From a virus, in the UHGV virus genome UHGV-0236300: DNA of 64,000 bases. One strand, given 5' to 3'. Both the position numbers and the translations under genes were made by a program. The notes beneath the pieces were generated by a model. The model ran no database searches. It was given only the letters and a program-made list of their open reading frames with translations, and had not been told where the DNA came from. Of this stretch, positions 10,110 to 19,001 are shown one piece after another (within the stretch, counting starts at the first letter, position 1; each line of letters starts with the position of its first letter).

Positions 10110-10382
10110 ATGACCAAACAATATCAACGAATTAAAGCCAAGGTTAAGCCAGACTATCTGGAGAAGGACTCTGCTTTTCGGGACTGCACAGCAGACAAAA
10201 TTTACACAGGGGCCGTCCTGCTAAACGATGAATTTGAAGTGGATGTGCTAGGTAAGGAGGCTACTATCAAGGATGACCAGGGGGATTATGTTTGTTGCAC
10301 CACCAGAGAGCTGGAGGTATTAGAATACTTCGGTGAAATCTTCACCTCTCTTGATGATTACTTAGATGACGAGGAAGCGTGA
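10110..10382 (+). CDS. hypothetical acidic protein, paralog of 9792-10046
   Basis: ATG 10110 after AAAGGAGA; SAFRDCT and KDDQGDYVCCT motifs. Confidence 0.55.
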   Translation: MTKQYQRIKAKVKPDYLEKDSAFRDCTADKIYTGAVLLNDEFEVDVLGKEATIKDDQGDYVCCTTRELEVLEYFGEIFTSLDDYLDDEEA

Positions 10383-10783
10383 TGAAAAACATTTGGGATA
10401 TTAATATCTTTGAAGCCTCTGAGCTTGACGGTGCCGATGGAGTTATTATAGTCTCTGATGGAAAGGTAACATTGACCTCTGGACTGACCTATGAGGACAC
10501 TACCTACGCACTGGGAGATCTTGCCTTGTTGAAATCAACAGGTGACTCTCTGGAAGAACGTCTGCAAGGATTTGCCTTTAAAGAAGGCACAAGCACCACA
10601 CTGATGTGCACTACACGCACTGTTCAGTTGGGCAACGGGGTCTATATGGTCATTGCAGTGTGCCCCAAATTCAGCAACATCAATAAAGATGATGCTGACG
10701 CTGTCAACGACGTGGTTGTCCTCTTCGTTGGTGACGCTATGGCAGATCTGATGAATGCAGGAGAAGCAGCAAATGAAGACTGA
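10379..10783 (+). CDS. hypothetical acidic protein
   Basis: ATGA-coupled ORF, RBS GAGGAAG. Confidence 0.5.
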   Translation: MMKNIWDINIFEASELDGADGVIIVSDGKVTLTSGLTYEDTTYALGDLALLKSTGDSLEERLQGFAFKEGTSTTLMCTTRTVQLGNGVYMVIAVCPKFSNINKDDADAVNDVVVLFVGDAMADLMNAGEAANED

Positions 10784-11075
10784 AAACATCAACCCAACAG
10801 GATTCTTGAAAGTATACCGTGAACTGCTATATACTACAGAGGACAGTGTTCTAGAGTACCCAGAATACCTTTTGCTGTATAAGTATCTACAAGAAGCTGG
10901 TGAAAATCTACCAGTTAGTGCAGAAGGCGGTCCGAACTGGATATACAGCGCATGGAGAAAGGTTGACATTCTCCCAGATCCAGGAAAAGATATGGTAGTT
11001 TGGCAGCTTATCAACAACATCGGGATTCCAATCTTTGATGAAGCTGTTAAAATCTATTTTGAACTTGACGATTAA
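10773..11075 (+). CDS. hypothetical protein
   Basis: ATG 10773 after AGGAGAAG. Confidence 0.45.
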   Translation: MKTENINPTGFLKVYRELLYTTEDSVLEYPEYLLLYKYLQEAGENLPVSAEGGPNWIYSAWRKVDILPDPGKDMVVWQLINNIGIPIFDEAVKIYFELDD

Positions 11076-11092
11076 TATCAGGAGACCTTAAG

Positions 11093-11338
11093 ATGGCTGG
11101 AGTAGTTGCTCGCGCAGGACAGAAAGTACGTTGTGTTGAAGTTGGTTTCGGCGGCAAAGGTTGCCAGAACCTAACACAAGGTAAGGAATACGCTGTTATT
11201 TCTGGTGGTGGAGATAAGAGCATTGTGTTCGATGATCATATTCTGGATGCTGAAAACTTTGAAATATTTGACGATGATGGCGATCCGATCACCTGCCTGC
11301 TGAACGGAAGCTGGGGCACTTTCGAAGTAATTGGCTAA
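11093..11338 (+). CDS. hypothetical protein
   Basis: 81-aa ORF, RBS CAGGAGA. Confidence 0.5.
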   Translation: MAGVVARAGQKVRCVEVGFGGKGCQNLTQGKEYAVISGGGDKSIVFDDHILDAENFEIFDDDGDPITCLLNGSWGTFEVIG

Positions 11339-11375
11339 CAAATAGCTGTTGTAATTTACAGAAGGAGATGCTAAA

Positions 11376-11786
11376 ATGGTGTCTCCTTTATGTTGTTCAA
11401 ATAAAATCGGAGATTCCACAATGGAACAAATGAACGATCAAGCGTCGGTTGCGATGAACGAGCAAGAACAACCTCAAGAATTTTTCTTAGGGTTAAGCAA
11501 AGATCAAGTGTCTCTTCTGCTGGTACTTTCTTCTTTCATGGGGAGACTTCAGGAGCTCACACAACAACCAGAGGCTGAACAGTTATTCCAGGCTCTGCGA
11601 GAAGAAGAGAAATATCGTCGTTTGGATTATGCCTTAGGTTGGGTAGCTCAACAACGAGATATGCTAATGGCCCTTTCTGGGACGACGAGTTTTGCAATGG
11701 GCCTGTTAGCTCAAGTCCAGGACAAATTAATTCAAGCAGGGTTTGCACATACATCAACCACTAACGAAGAACAAGGAGATAAATAA
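11376..11786 (+). CDS. hypothetical protein
   Basis: 136-aa ORF, RBS GAAGGAGA. Confidence 0.5.
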   Translation: MVSPLCCSNKIGDSTMEQMNDQASVAMNEQEQPQEFFLGLSKDQVSLLLVLSSFMGRLQELTQQPEAEQLFQALREEEKYRRLDYALGWVAQQRDMLMALSGTTSFAMGLLAQVQDKLIQAGFAHTSTTNEEQGDK

Positions 11787-13012
11787 TGAGCGTTATCCAA
11801 CAATTTGCTAACCCGATGAATCCGCGTGAAACTGTTTTACTGGCTCACGGTATGATTAAACGTGTCAGCATCAAGCCCATTAAAGGTGCTGATCCTACAA
11901 CAGGTATTAAAACCACTGTGTGGCAAGGTAAGAAAATTGAATCCAGCCACACCATCTCTTTACTGATTTCTGAACTGGACTCCTCTGATAACCTGCTCCA
12001 AGGTGGTGAAGAAGTTTGGATCAGCATGGGTGATAAGCTGCTTAAGCCTGGTCATCAAGACTCCGTCTCTGTTAAAATTGATGACAAGTGGGAAACAGTA
12101 ACGCCAGGATGGATCGTAAATATCCCTTTAAAGGCAAATGAGCATAACGGTAAGACCTACTACAAAGGCTCACTGGCTAAAATGGTTAAGTTGGGGGCAG
12201 GAGAGGCTCCATCAGCTCCACAGCAACAAAAACAGCAACAAGGCACACAATCACAAGGCCAGAAGCAGAAACCTCAGCAGAATGCCAATCAGGACGTTTT
12301 ACGCATCTATGGTGATGTGACTCAGATTGTTGGTAACGTGGTTACTGTCAATGACCACAAGATTGGCGAAGGTGCTATGGTTGTCTCCGATGAGCAGCTT
12401 AAAGACCTGGTGGTTGGCGGTCGTGTTGCAGCTATTGTTGACAAAGACACCGGGAATATTATCAGCGGCTTCAAGGCCTACCCGCCTAAAGCAGAGAACG
12501 GTACACAAGGTTCTGGTGGTAAGCGTAAATCCTCTTACGACCCCATCGGTGTAGAGACAGGGCACAGTATCAATGCATTGCAGATCATCCTGGATCGCGG
12601 GTTTAAGATTGACAGCCCTTTAGATGTGGCTAAAACACTGCACGTGGTCACCATCGAGCTTAAGAAAGAGTACGCTCAAGCCACTAACCGAACTGAAGAT
12701 GAAGTAGGTGCCAGTGTTGGTAATGCGGTATTGAACGCTTGTCGCCGTATTGACAAGAAAACGAAAGTTGATGATTTTGCAGTAGCAATTACTGCAGAGG
12801 CAAAAGATGTCTTGACTAATCTTGCTGAACCGTTGTATGATTGGATCAAGAACGGTGCTGGAGCCACTGACCATCAAGAGCCTCAAGCTGCCAAACAGGA
12901 AGCCGCCCCACAGCAAAACACTGTAGACGCTCCTCCTGTAGATGATGCGGAAGACGACCCGATGGATCAGAATCCGGCACAGTACGCCTTTGATGATGAC
13001 ATACCTTTTTAA
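11786..13012 (+). CDS. putative ssDNA-binding protein with SSB-like acidic C-terminal tail
   Basis: Q-rich linker (PQQQKQQQGTQSQGQKQKPQQ) and C-terminal ...AFDDDIPF, identical to the E. coli SSB C-terminal hexapeptide; sits in the replication module. Confidence 0.5.
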   Translation: MSVIQQFANPMNPRETVLLAHGMIKRVSIKPIKGADPTTGIKTTVWQGKKIESSHTISLLISELDSSDNLLQGGEEVWISMGDKLLKPGHQDSVSVKIDDKWETVTPGWIVNIPLKANEHNGKTYYKGSLAKMVKLGAGEAPSAPQQQKQQQGTQSQGQKQKPQQNANQDVLRIYGDVTQIVGNVVTVNDHKIGEGAMVVSDEQLKDLVVGGRVAAIVDKDTGNIISGFKAYPPKAENGTQGSGGKRKSSYDPIGVETGHSINALQIILDRGFKIDSPLDVAKTLHVVTIELKKEYAQATNRTEDEVGASVGNAVLNACRRIDKKTKVDDFAVAITAEAKDVLTNLAEPLYDWIKNGAGATDHQEPQAAKQEAAPQQNTVDAPPVDDAEDDPMDQNPAQYAFDDDIPF

Positions 13013-13028
13013 CATCTAGTTAACATAG

Positions 13029-13056
13029 CCCTACCCGAAAGGGTGGGGCATTTTTG
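13029..13056 (+). terminator. rho-independent terminator
   Basis: Stem CCCTACCC/GGGTGGGG, GAAA loop, then CATTTTTG. Confidence 0.6.
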
Positions 13057-13074
13057 TATAGAGAGGACTGAAAA

Positions 13075-13491
13075 ATGACATTAGAAGATATCATTGTTAA
13101 ACCTGAGAACTATGACCAATACAATCTATCAACCCAATCTGTGGACCTTGGATGCGCCACTGTCAGTGCGTGGCTGGTTAACGGAAAAGAGTTGGATAAA
13201 TGCTTAGAAGCTCACATGACTGTGAACAAGTTCCTTGATGAAAATACTCACTGGCTGGAAGGTGCAGGTGTATACGCTTCGTGGCTAGAGAGTATGGGAT
13301 TTGACTACCAATCTGAAGAGGGGTGGTGGAGCTATCTGGCTATCTGTCCAGAGACATTGCAATGCTTCATGAAATATTCTGAAGATTTGGAGTACCGGGC
13401 GGTGGTTGACAGTGCTATTGCTCGTTATAGCCGTAAACCTTTTTCCCACGACATTAAAACTGTGGAAGAATTTGTTGAAGTTTTCTGTTGA
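13075..13491 (+). CDS. hypothetical protein
   Basis: 138-aa ORF, RBS GAGAGGA. Confidence 0.5.
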   Translation: MTLEDIIVKPENYDQYNLSTQSVDLGCATVSAWLVNGKELDKCLEAHMTVNKFLDENTHWLEGAGVYASWLESMGFDYQSEEGWWSYLAICPETLQCFMKYSEDLEYRAVVDSAIARYSRKPFSHDIKTVEEFVEVFC

Positions 13492-13587
13492 CACAGGTTG
13501 TAAGGTGTGCAATTATAACCTTGTAGAGCTGGAGGATGTGATGAACGAAGAAAACTGGGATGTGTAACTAACAGGAGGCCACTGCCC

Positions 13588-13785
13588 ATGATTTATCGAA
13601 TCCGTGTGAGAGAAGATGCACCAGGTTGTTACTTTGACTGGCGTGGGTGGTGGTTTCTCCACCCAATGGATGGACTCACAGATAGAATGCTGGATGCTGC
13701 CCTTTACACAGATACCGACATAGAGTATAATCTTTACTTGAAAGATGGTATCGATAACGGCCTGTTTGAAGCAATTCCTGCGTAA
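13588..13785 (+). CDS. hypothetical protein
   Basis: 65-aa ORF, RBS CAGGAGG. Confidence 0.45.
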   Translation: MIYRIRVREDAPGCYFDWRGWWFLHPMDGLTDRMLDAALYTDTDIEYNLYLKDGIDNGLFEAIPA

Positions 13786-13850
13786 GAGAATGTGATCGCC
13801 ATGTTTTATGATCTTCCTGTAGCACCACCTATTGATCCTGGAGAACTACG

Positions 13851-14276
13851 ATGATTTATGAAATGCCAAAACTGATTCGTGACGATGCACGAAACGCCCA
13901 CACCTTTATTATGGGCAAGCGCATGGATATTATTTGTCACAAAGACTTCTGGGAAGGGAGCTACTTCACAGAATATTTTGGAAAAATGGATGATGGCCTA
14001 CTGATCCAGTTTTACACCGATGCGGAAAACAACATTAGTTGGGAGTTCGAGACCGAAGATATCCATAAACTTTTCACCTTCCTTGGTATTAAGATTAAGG
14101 CCAAGTTTGAAGAGGGAGAGTGCGACGATTGTGGATTTTATGAGGTAACAGATTTCTATCTTCCGAGCGGTAAAAACCTTTACTATGAAAGCCACTTCGG
14201 TAACTCCAATATGCCACAGTGCTGGACTGAGTTTTTTGAAATTGTGGAAGAGGAGCTGGAATATCGTGATTATTGA
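13851..14276 (+). CDS. hypothetical protein
   Basis: 141-aa ORF, RBS CTGGAGA. Confidence 0.5.
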   Translation: MIYEMPKLIRDDARNAHTFIMGKRMDIICHKDFWEGSYFTEYFGKMDDGLLIQFYTDAENNISWEFETEDIHKLFTFLGIKIKAKFEEGECDDCGFYEVTDFYLPSGKNLYYESHFGNSNMPQCWTEFFEIVEEELEYRDY

Positions 14277-14724
14277 TACTGTAGAGGGAGATTTAATCTC
14301 CCTTTTTAAGAGCGGTGCTGGTCACCTGATCCACGGTTGTAACTGCTTCCACACAATGGGTAAGGGTGTAGCAAAACAGATTGCCCGTGAGTTCCCTCAA
14401 GCATTGGAAGCTGATAAAATGACTATGCACGGTTGCCTAAGTAAACTGGGCGCGTTCTCCCGCTGGGAGCACTTATCTCCGAGAGGTATTGTCTACGGAA
14501 TAAATCTGTATACTCAGTTCTACCCAGGGCCTAATGCTGAATATTTCTCAATACTGAAAGGATTTGAGCGAGTCAATGAAGTATTTGAGGGGTCGATTTT
14601 ACCATTCTACATCCCTAAGATCGGGTGCGGCATAGGCGGTTTGAAGTGGGAACATGTAGAGGACATTATTAACCTTGCCACTTTTGATATAGATATTATC
14701 GTGGTGGAGTACAAAGAGTGTTGA
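14266..14724 (+). CDS. macro-domain protein (ADP-ribose binding/hydrolase family)
   Basis: LIHGCNCFHTMGKGVAKQIAREF resembles the macro-domain Gly-rich ADP-ribose site; IPKIGCGIGGL resembles the second macro motif; GTG start 14266 after AGGAG, overlapping upstream stop. Confidence 0.6.
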   Translation: MIIDTVEGDLISLFKSGAGHLIHGCNCFHTMGKGVAKQIAREFPQALEADKMTMHGCLSKLGAFSRWEHLSPRGIVYGINLYTQFYPGPNAEYFSILKGFERVNEVFEGSILPFYIPKIGCGIGGLKWEHVEDIINLATFDIDIIVVEYKEC

Positions 14725-14749
14725 CAGCTATATTTTAAGGTGGTATAGT
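14721..14749 (+). promoter_or_regulatory. sigma70-like promoter
   Basis: TTGACA, 17-nt spacer, TATAGT. Confidence 0.55.
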
Positions 14750-14778
14750 CACCACAACGATTAAGACAGGGGAGCACT

Positions 14779-14973
14779 ATGGAGACTAAAATCTTAATTC
14801 TAGCTGTGATAGATACAACAGAAGGAGCCATGTTTGAATCTGCAGGAGGGTATTTCTACCTGCCCTACGGAAAAAGAACTTCCGAGCCGAGTAAAGATTC
14901 AATCCTCAAAGTGTTCCCGTGTGCTTTCTGGCTGGAGATTCTGGTAGAAGATTGCAGAGGCTTGGGGAGATAA
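14779..14973 (+). CDS. hypothetical protein
   Basis: 64-aa ORF, RBS AGGGGAG. Confidence 0.45.
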   Translation: METKILILAVIDTTEGAMFESAGGYFYLPYGKRTSEPSKDSILKVFPCAFWLEILVEDCRGLGR

Positions 14974-14975
14974 TT

Positions 14976-15170
14976 ATGAGAAACAAGAAAGAGCTTTACT
15001 CTGGCGAGTGGATAAACGATCAACAGGTAGGAGAGGTAACCTGCTTCCGTTGCTTTACTCGGTACAATCTTAAAACTGCACCAAAAAGTGTTCCAAAGAC
15101 TGACGGTTATTACATAAAAGAACCTCATTGCCCGAAGTGTAAATGCCGAGTATACTGGAGTAACCTGTAA
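14976..15170 (+). CDS. hypothetical zinc-ribbon protein
   Basis: ATG after GGGGAGA; CFRCF...CPKCKC cysteine pairs. Confidence 0.5.
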   Translation: MRNKKELYSGEWINDQQVGEVTCFRCFTRYNLKTAPKSVPKTDGYYIKEPHCPKCKCRVYWSNL

Positions 15171-15174
15171 AAGG

Positions 15175-15202
15175 TTGACATCTGAAAACTGCGGTATATA
15201 AT
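15175..15202 (+). promoter_or_regulatory. sigma70-like promoter
   Basis: TTGACA, 16-nt spacer, TATAAT. Confidence 0.55.
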
Positions 15203-15233
15203 ATAAACATAAACTAGCAGAGAGGGATAAATT

Positions 15234-15425
15234 ATGGTAATTTTTAATCGAGACGGTATCATAGTTAGACAGCACCCATTCCTTGAATACTATCAGGTTG
15301 AGCAATGGTGTTACGGTGATTGCAGTCATTCCTATGGGCAAAGTTGGGGATATCGCACAGTTTTTGAATCAACAGATCTTGATAAAGTAAAACAGAAAGT
15401 CTTAGAACTTCTTAACAACAAGTGA
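15234..15425 (+). CDS. hypothetical protein
   Basis: 63-aa ORF, RBS GAGAGGGA. Confidence 0.5.
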   Translation: MVIFNRDGIIVRQHPFLEYYQVEQWCYGDCSHSYGQSWGYRTVFESTDLDKVKQKVLELLNNK

Positions 15426-15435
15426 GTATTATACT

Positions 15436-15768
15436 ATGGTAACATTAGAAAGACGTAAAGCTATCGCCGCCACACTGGCAGACATCTTTTGGGATTGCAA
15501 TTTAAAAGATACCCGATATTGCGGCGCATCTGTAGATGTATTATTCCCACGGCCCACCATTGTTGCAATGGGTAGCCTGCTGGGTGTAGTTGCAGGTGCA
15601 TGGGATAAGGAAGGTGGTTTCTATATCTGGCAGCCTGACTACGGGACCTGGAAAGAAGTAAGGGGTGCTGATGACTTTGGGCCTGCAGTTGCTAAGATGG
15701 ATGGCTGGGAAATTTATGTTGGAAACGACATGAAGCTGAAAGGTGAGATTGTTTACTGGTTACCTTAA
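15436..15768 (+). CDS. hypothetical protein
   Basis: 110-aa ORF in co-oriented array. Confidence 0.45.
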   Translation: MVTLERRKAIAATLADIFWDCNLKDTRYCGASVDVLFPRPTIVAMGSLLGVVAGAWDKEGGFYIWQPDYGTWKEVRGADDFGPAVAKMDGWEIYVGNDMKLKGEIVYWLP

Positions 15769-15788
15769 TAAAACGCAGGAGATAAAGT

Positions 15789-16034
15789 ATGAACAAAGGG
15801 TGGACATTTGTAGACGGCGTTAAAAACATGCCTCTAGGAAAGTATATTGTAGCCATGGCAGATGAGAATGGCAAGGTGGATTTCGGAGTTTGCGAGATTG
15901 TTCTTGCAGGATCTGGTGACTATGCCCACAAAACTGGGATAATTAACGGTCATTTCTACTTTGATTACAACCCTGTTGTGGCGTATATGGCTATGCCAGA
16001 GTTAGAGCTCCCAAAGGAGGGTGCAGATGTTTAA
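15789..16034 (+). CDS. hypothetical protein
   Basis: 81-aa ORF, RBS CAGGAGA. Confidence 0.5.
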   Translation: MNKGWTFVDGVKNMPLGKYIVAMADENGKVDFGVCEIVLAGSGDYAHKTGIINGHFYFDYNPVVAYMAMPELELPKEGADV

Positions 16035-16224
16035 GCTTAAATCTGCATGGAACATTGCTGTGGGTGATGAGATCCGCATCCCTGGTGGGAAGACCGTTAT
16101 GAAGATATCTCGTATTGAATACGAAGGCGACCGTGTATTCCACATCTTTGCAGAAGATGGTCGGGAAATTTATGTACAAGCGGGCTCTCACATCTATATC
16201 CGTAAGAAAGGGGATGACAAATGA
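16027..16224 (+). CDS. hypothetical protein
   Basis: ATG 16027 after AAGGAGGG. Confidence 0.45.
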   Translation: MFKLKSAWNIAVGDEIRIPGGKTVMKISRIEYEGDRVFHIFAEDGREIYVQAGSHIYIRKKGDDK

Positions 16225-16550
16225 CAGAGATCATTATTTCAACTGCAGGGTATGTATTCCTGACAATCATTGCTCTGACCATTTTGGTGGCGGTATATGG
16301 ATTTGTTATTCTACCTATTCTTGAGACAATTAGTTTGTGTCGGTGTTGGAGAAAGGCTTACGGTCCACAGCCGTGGAGGGACTGGCCCCACCTGGTTCGC
16401 ATAGCGTTCTCTTATGCTTATGATCACGCCAGCAGTGCATGCATAACCGGGTATCACGCTCACAATTGGAACTGGGAGGGGTTGGGTAGATGGAATGTTA
16501 TAAAGACCATACCTCTACGTATGCACAAGCCTAAAAACAAAGACAGTTGA
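16221..16550 (+). CDS. hypothetical membrane protein
   Basis: ATGA-coupled; N-terminal hydrophobic helix YVFLTIIALTILVAVYGFVILPIL. Confidence 0.5.
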   Translation: MTEIIISTAGYVFLTIIALTILVAVYGFVILPILETISLCRCWRKAYGPQPWRDWPHLVRIAFSYAYDHASSACITGYHAHNWNWEGLGRWNVIKTIPLRMHKPKNKDS

Positions 16551-16599
16551 TACTTGAAAATCCCTGGCACATCAAGTATAAGGAGGATTTCTAAAATGG

Positions 16600-17050
16600 A
16601 CTTCCTCCTTTTGATATTTTACCTGGCCGGATATTTTAAAATTCTTAGAAAATCAGAAAATGGATCGAAAACTAAAATGGATTTTTCAAGACAGGCGCGA
16701 TAAGATGTGCTGCTCATTCTATCGTTCGCACCGTACTTTAAGTTACTATTCCAGATTTTCCGCACATACTCTCACCCTTCTACCAGAACTTTCCCAGCTT
16801 ACCTTTGACCCTTTATAACAATAAACCCATTATTCTCAGTAGGTTTTGATACATCTCTCTCAGTACTCGATCTGTTTTTCGTTTCAAAGATTGAATTTTC
16901 TGAAAATTTTTCTCGATAAATTTCTTAGTACTCGATCTGTTTTTCGTTTTCTGAATCAGATTTTCTGGAAATCGTTCCGGAGCTCGACCTGAAATTTTTG
17001 GGGACGAAATCGATTTTTCGTTTTCGGAAATGGATTTTTAAAATTTGTAT
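16600..17050. repeat. AT-rich non-coding region with short direct repeats
   Basis: AGTACTCGATCTGTTTTTCGTTT at 16861 and 16929; AAAATGGAT repeats near 16650; TTTTTCGTTTTC motifs. Confidence 0.5.
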
Positions 17051-17157
17051 ATGGAAATACTTAAGGAGGTATTATTTTATATAGAATTGTCACGGTAGGT
17101 AATTAGCATGCTAACTAAATTTATGAAATGCGAAAAGTTCTCATTTAGAATTTTGAA

Positions 17158-17350
17158 TGATAATCATTCTCGTTTGCAGAATAACGGGCACCCCCGGTGA
17201 TTGTCTCCCGGCCCCTGTTGCCCCGGCTTGTTATTATAGTATCACACAGGACAAAGAAAGCAAGGATTTTTTGCATAAATTTTTAAATGATAATGATAAC
17301 CGTTCTCATTTTATGCAGCGCCCATCCCCGGTGGTTGTCTCCCCCGTCAC
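17158..17350. repeat. duplicated ~65-nt element (two diverged copies)
   Basis: Both copies contain AATGATAAT...TTCTC...GCAG...CCCCGGTG.TTGTCTCCC; downstream CCTGGCGGGGCC repeats at 17389 and 17449. Confidence 0.5.
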
Positions 17351-17773
17351 CGGTGCCTGCCGTCCTTTCGATAGGTATATTGTGCCACCTGGCGGGGCCG
17401 CTGTCAACACTTTTCAAAAAAATTCTAACCTGATGCGCTAACCGTTGCAACCTGGCGGGGCCAGCCTGGCAGGGCTATGCTATAGGGTAGGCAACAACTG
17501 AAGAGGAGGTACAAAAATAAAAGGTAATATGATCCCTGGAAATGTAGCGATTAATGACGCTGAGGCTATCGCCCTGGTTGAAAAGGCTATGGCGGGAGCG
17601 TTGGAACATAAAGAAGAGTACGAAAAAATGATGGTTAACCTGGCAGGGGCGGCGGCTGGAGAATTCTGCCCAAAAAATAATTCTAACTAATGGTTGACAG
17701 CTCGGATAGTTCTGTTATTCTTATCCTCGCAAGGTGAACAACACCACACTAATTAACAGAGAGGATAAAAATC

Positions 17774-17971
17774 ATGAACGCCTACGGAATTAAAGTACGT
17801 CGCAACACTCGCCAGGCCGTCACCGATCAAATGATTTGCCAGGTGGACGTAACCATCAACAACGGGCAAGGCCTTTATAAATTCCGTCGCGGTCAGAGCT
17901 ACACCCGGCAACAGCTTAATCGTTGCGCCCTGACAAAAGGCCAGATCAACCACTGGTTTAATAAAAAATAA
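17774..17971 (+). CDS. hypothetical early protein
   Basis: 65-aa ORF, RBS GAGAGGA. Confidence 0.5.
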   Translation: MNAYGIKVRRNTRQAVTDQMICQVDVTINNGQGLYKFRRGQSYTRQQLNRCALTKGQINHWFNKK

Positions 17972-17974
17972 GTA

Positions 17975-18003
17975 TTGACATACAGTCTGACACCAAATAC
18001 ACT
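17975..18003 (+). promoter_or_regulatory. sigma70-like promoter
   Basis: TTGACA, 17-nt spacer, TACACT. Confidence 0.5.
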
Positions 18004-18035
18004 AAAAGCACAAAAGACACTAAGAGGATAAAATC

Positions 18036-18434
18036 ATGAAAACCACTACCTTTAATTTTGATAATGCGGACTTTTCTTTTTCTGATGTCAAGAACTGCCG
18101 CCGTGATCGTGGATTTTACAAGGCCTATAATCTGGTGGGCCTGGACGATGACAATAATTTGCACGAAGTAGCTGAGATCCGGTATTATGCCGCCGCCAGC
18201 GGGAACACTCAATACTGCGTTTTTTGGATTCACGACAACAAGAACAATAAGTACGGTTATACTGGCGGGAAGGCGAGCGGTCACGGTTACGATAAAGCTA
18301 ATGCAGCACTTGAGAGCGCATTAAATGCTATGGGGATCACTGCCAACGGCTGGATCTATGAAGAAGAGTTTTTGTCGGCACTTGCTAACCACCTGGGCTA
18401 TAAAAAGCACATTGTAACATGCGCCCACGAATAA
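18036..18434 (+). CDS. hypothetical early protein
   Basis: 132-aa ORF, RBS TAAGAGGA. Confidence 0.55.
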   Translation: MKTTTFNFDNADFSFSDVKNCRRDRGFYKAYNLVGLDDDNNLHEVAEIRYYAAASGNTQYCVFWIHDNKNNKYGYTGGKASGHGYDKANAALESALNAMGITANGWIYEEEFLSALANHLGYKKHIVTCAHE

Positions 18435-18440
18435 AAATTG

Positions 18441-18468
18441 TTGACACGCTGCAAAATTCAAGTAAACT
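18441..18468 (+). promoter_or_regulatory. sigma70-like promoter (weak -10) with conserved 5'UTR hairpin downstream
   Basis: TTGACA then TAAACT; hairpin GGCGGGAATGTTTCCCGCC at 18479-18497. Confidence 0.4.
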
Positions 18469-18516
18469 AATCACAAAAGGCGGGAATGTTTCCCGCCAAC
18501 ACAAAGGAAAAAGATC

Positions 18517-18921
18517 ATGAATAAGAACGTACGCCGCATCATGAATGAACTGGCAAACGATGAAAAAATTATTGATATGCATTTGGTGAACATTTGCCGC
18601 CGTTGTGTAACATATAACAACCGCGCCGCAAAAGCGCGTGAGATGAACGCAAAAGGCACCTTAAAGCCCTTCCAGGTGGTGGTAAAGGCCATCAAAGATG
18701 TAACTAATACGGCAAACCAGGTACAGGGGAACACCAACGAGAGTACCGATATTGATCCGGCTTACATCATGAAACGGATCCGGACCTGCAAGAACAAAGA
18801 GCAAGTGTATAACGTCATAGACTGGTTGGATTCTATGGGCGACGTGGTGTACAATAGGTTTTCTGCAGCTATCGAGATCCAGCTTGACAGGTTGGACGGG
18901 AAAGTACTGAAAACTTATTAA
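18517..18921 (+). CDS. hypothetical early protein
   Basis: 134-aa ORF, RBS AAAGGAAA. Confidence 0.55.
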   Translation: MNKNVRRIMNELANDEKIIDMHLVNICRRCVTYNNRAAKAREMNAKGTLKPFQVVVKAIKDVTNTANQVQGNTNESTDIDPAYIMKRIRTCKNKEQVYNVIDWLDSMGDVVYNRFSAAIEIQLDRLDGKVLKTY

Positions 18922-18924
18922 GTT

Positions 18925-18970
18925 TATTTTTAGATGGCCTTGACTCCAGGGCCATCAATAAAGTAAACTA
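18925..18970. repeat. conserved stem-loop element, copy 1 (possible terminator or RNA processing site)
   Basis: TTTATTTTTAGATGGCCTTGACTCCAGGGCCATCAATAAAGTAAACT, stem GATGGCC/GGCCATC; identical copy at 19544-19589. Confidence 0.5.
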
Positions 18971-19001
18971 GTCTCAACTAAGCGAAAAAGGGGGCTTTAA
19001 G

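Noticed and set aside
17157-17441. 94-aa plus-strand ORF in the 17.1-17.5 kb region
   Set aside because: It spans the two copies of the duplicated GC-rich element, has no RBS and a Pro/Gly/Cys-rich low-complexity translation; more likely non-coding
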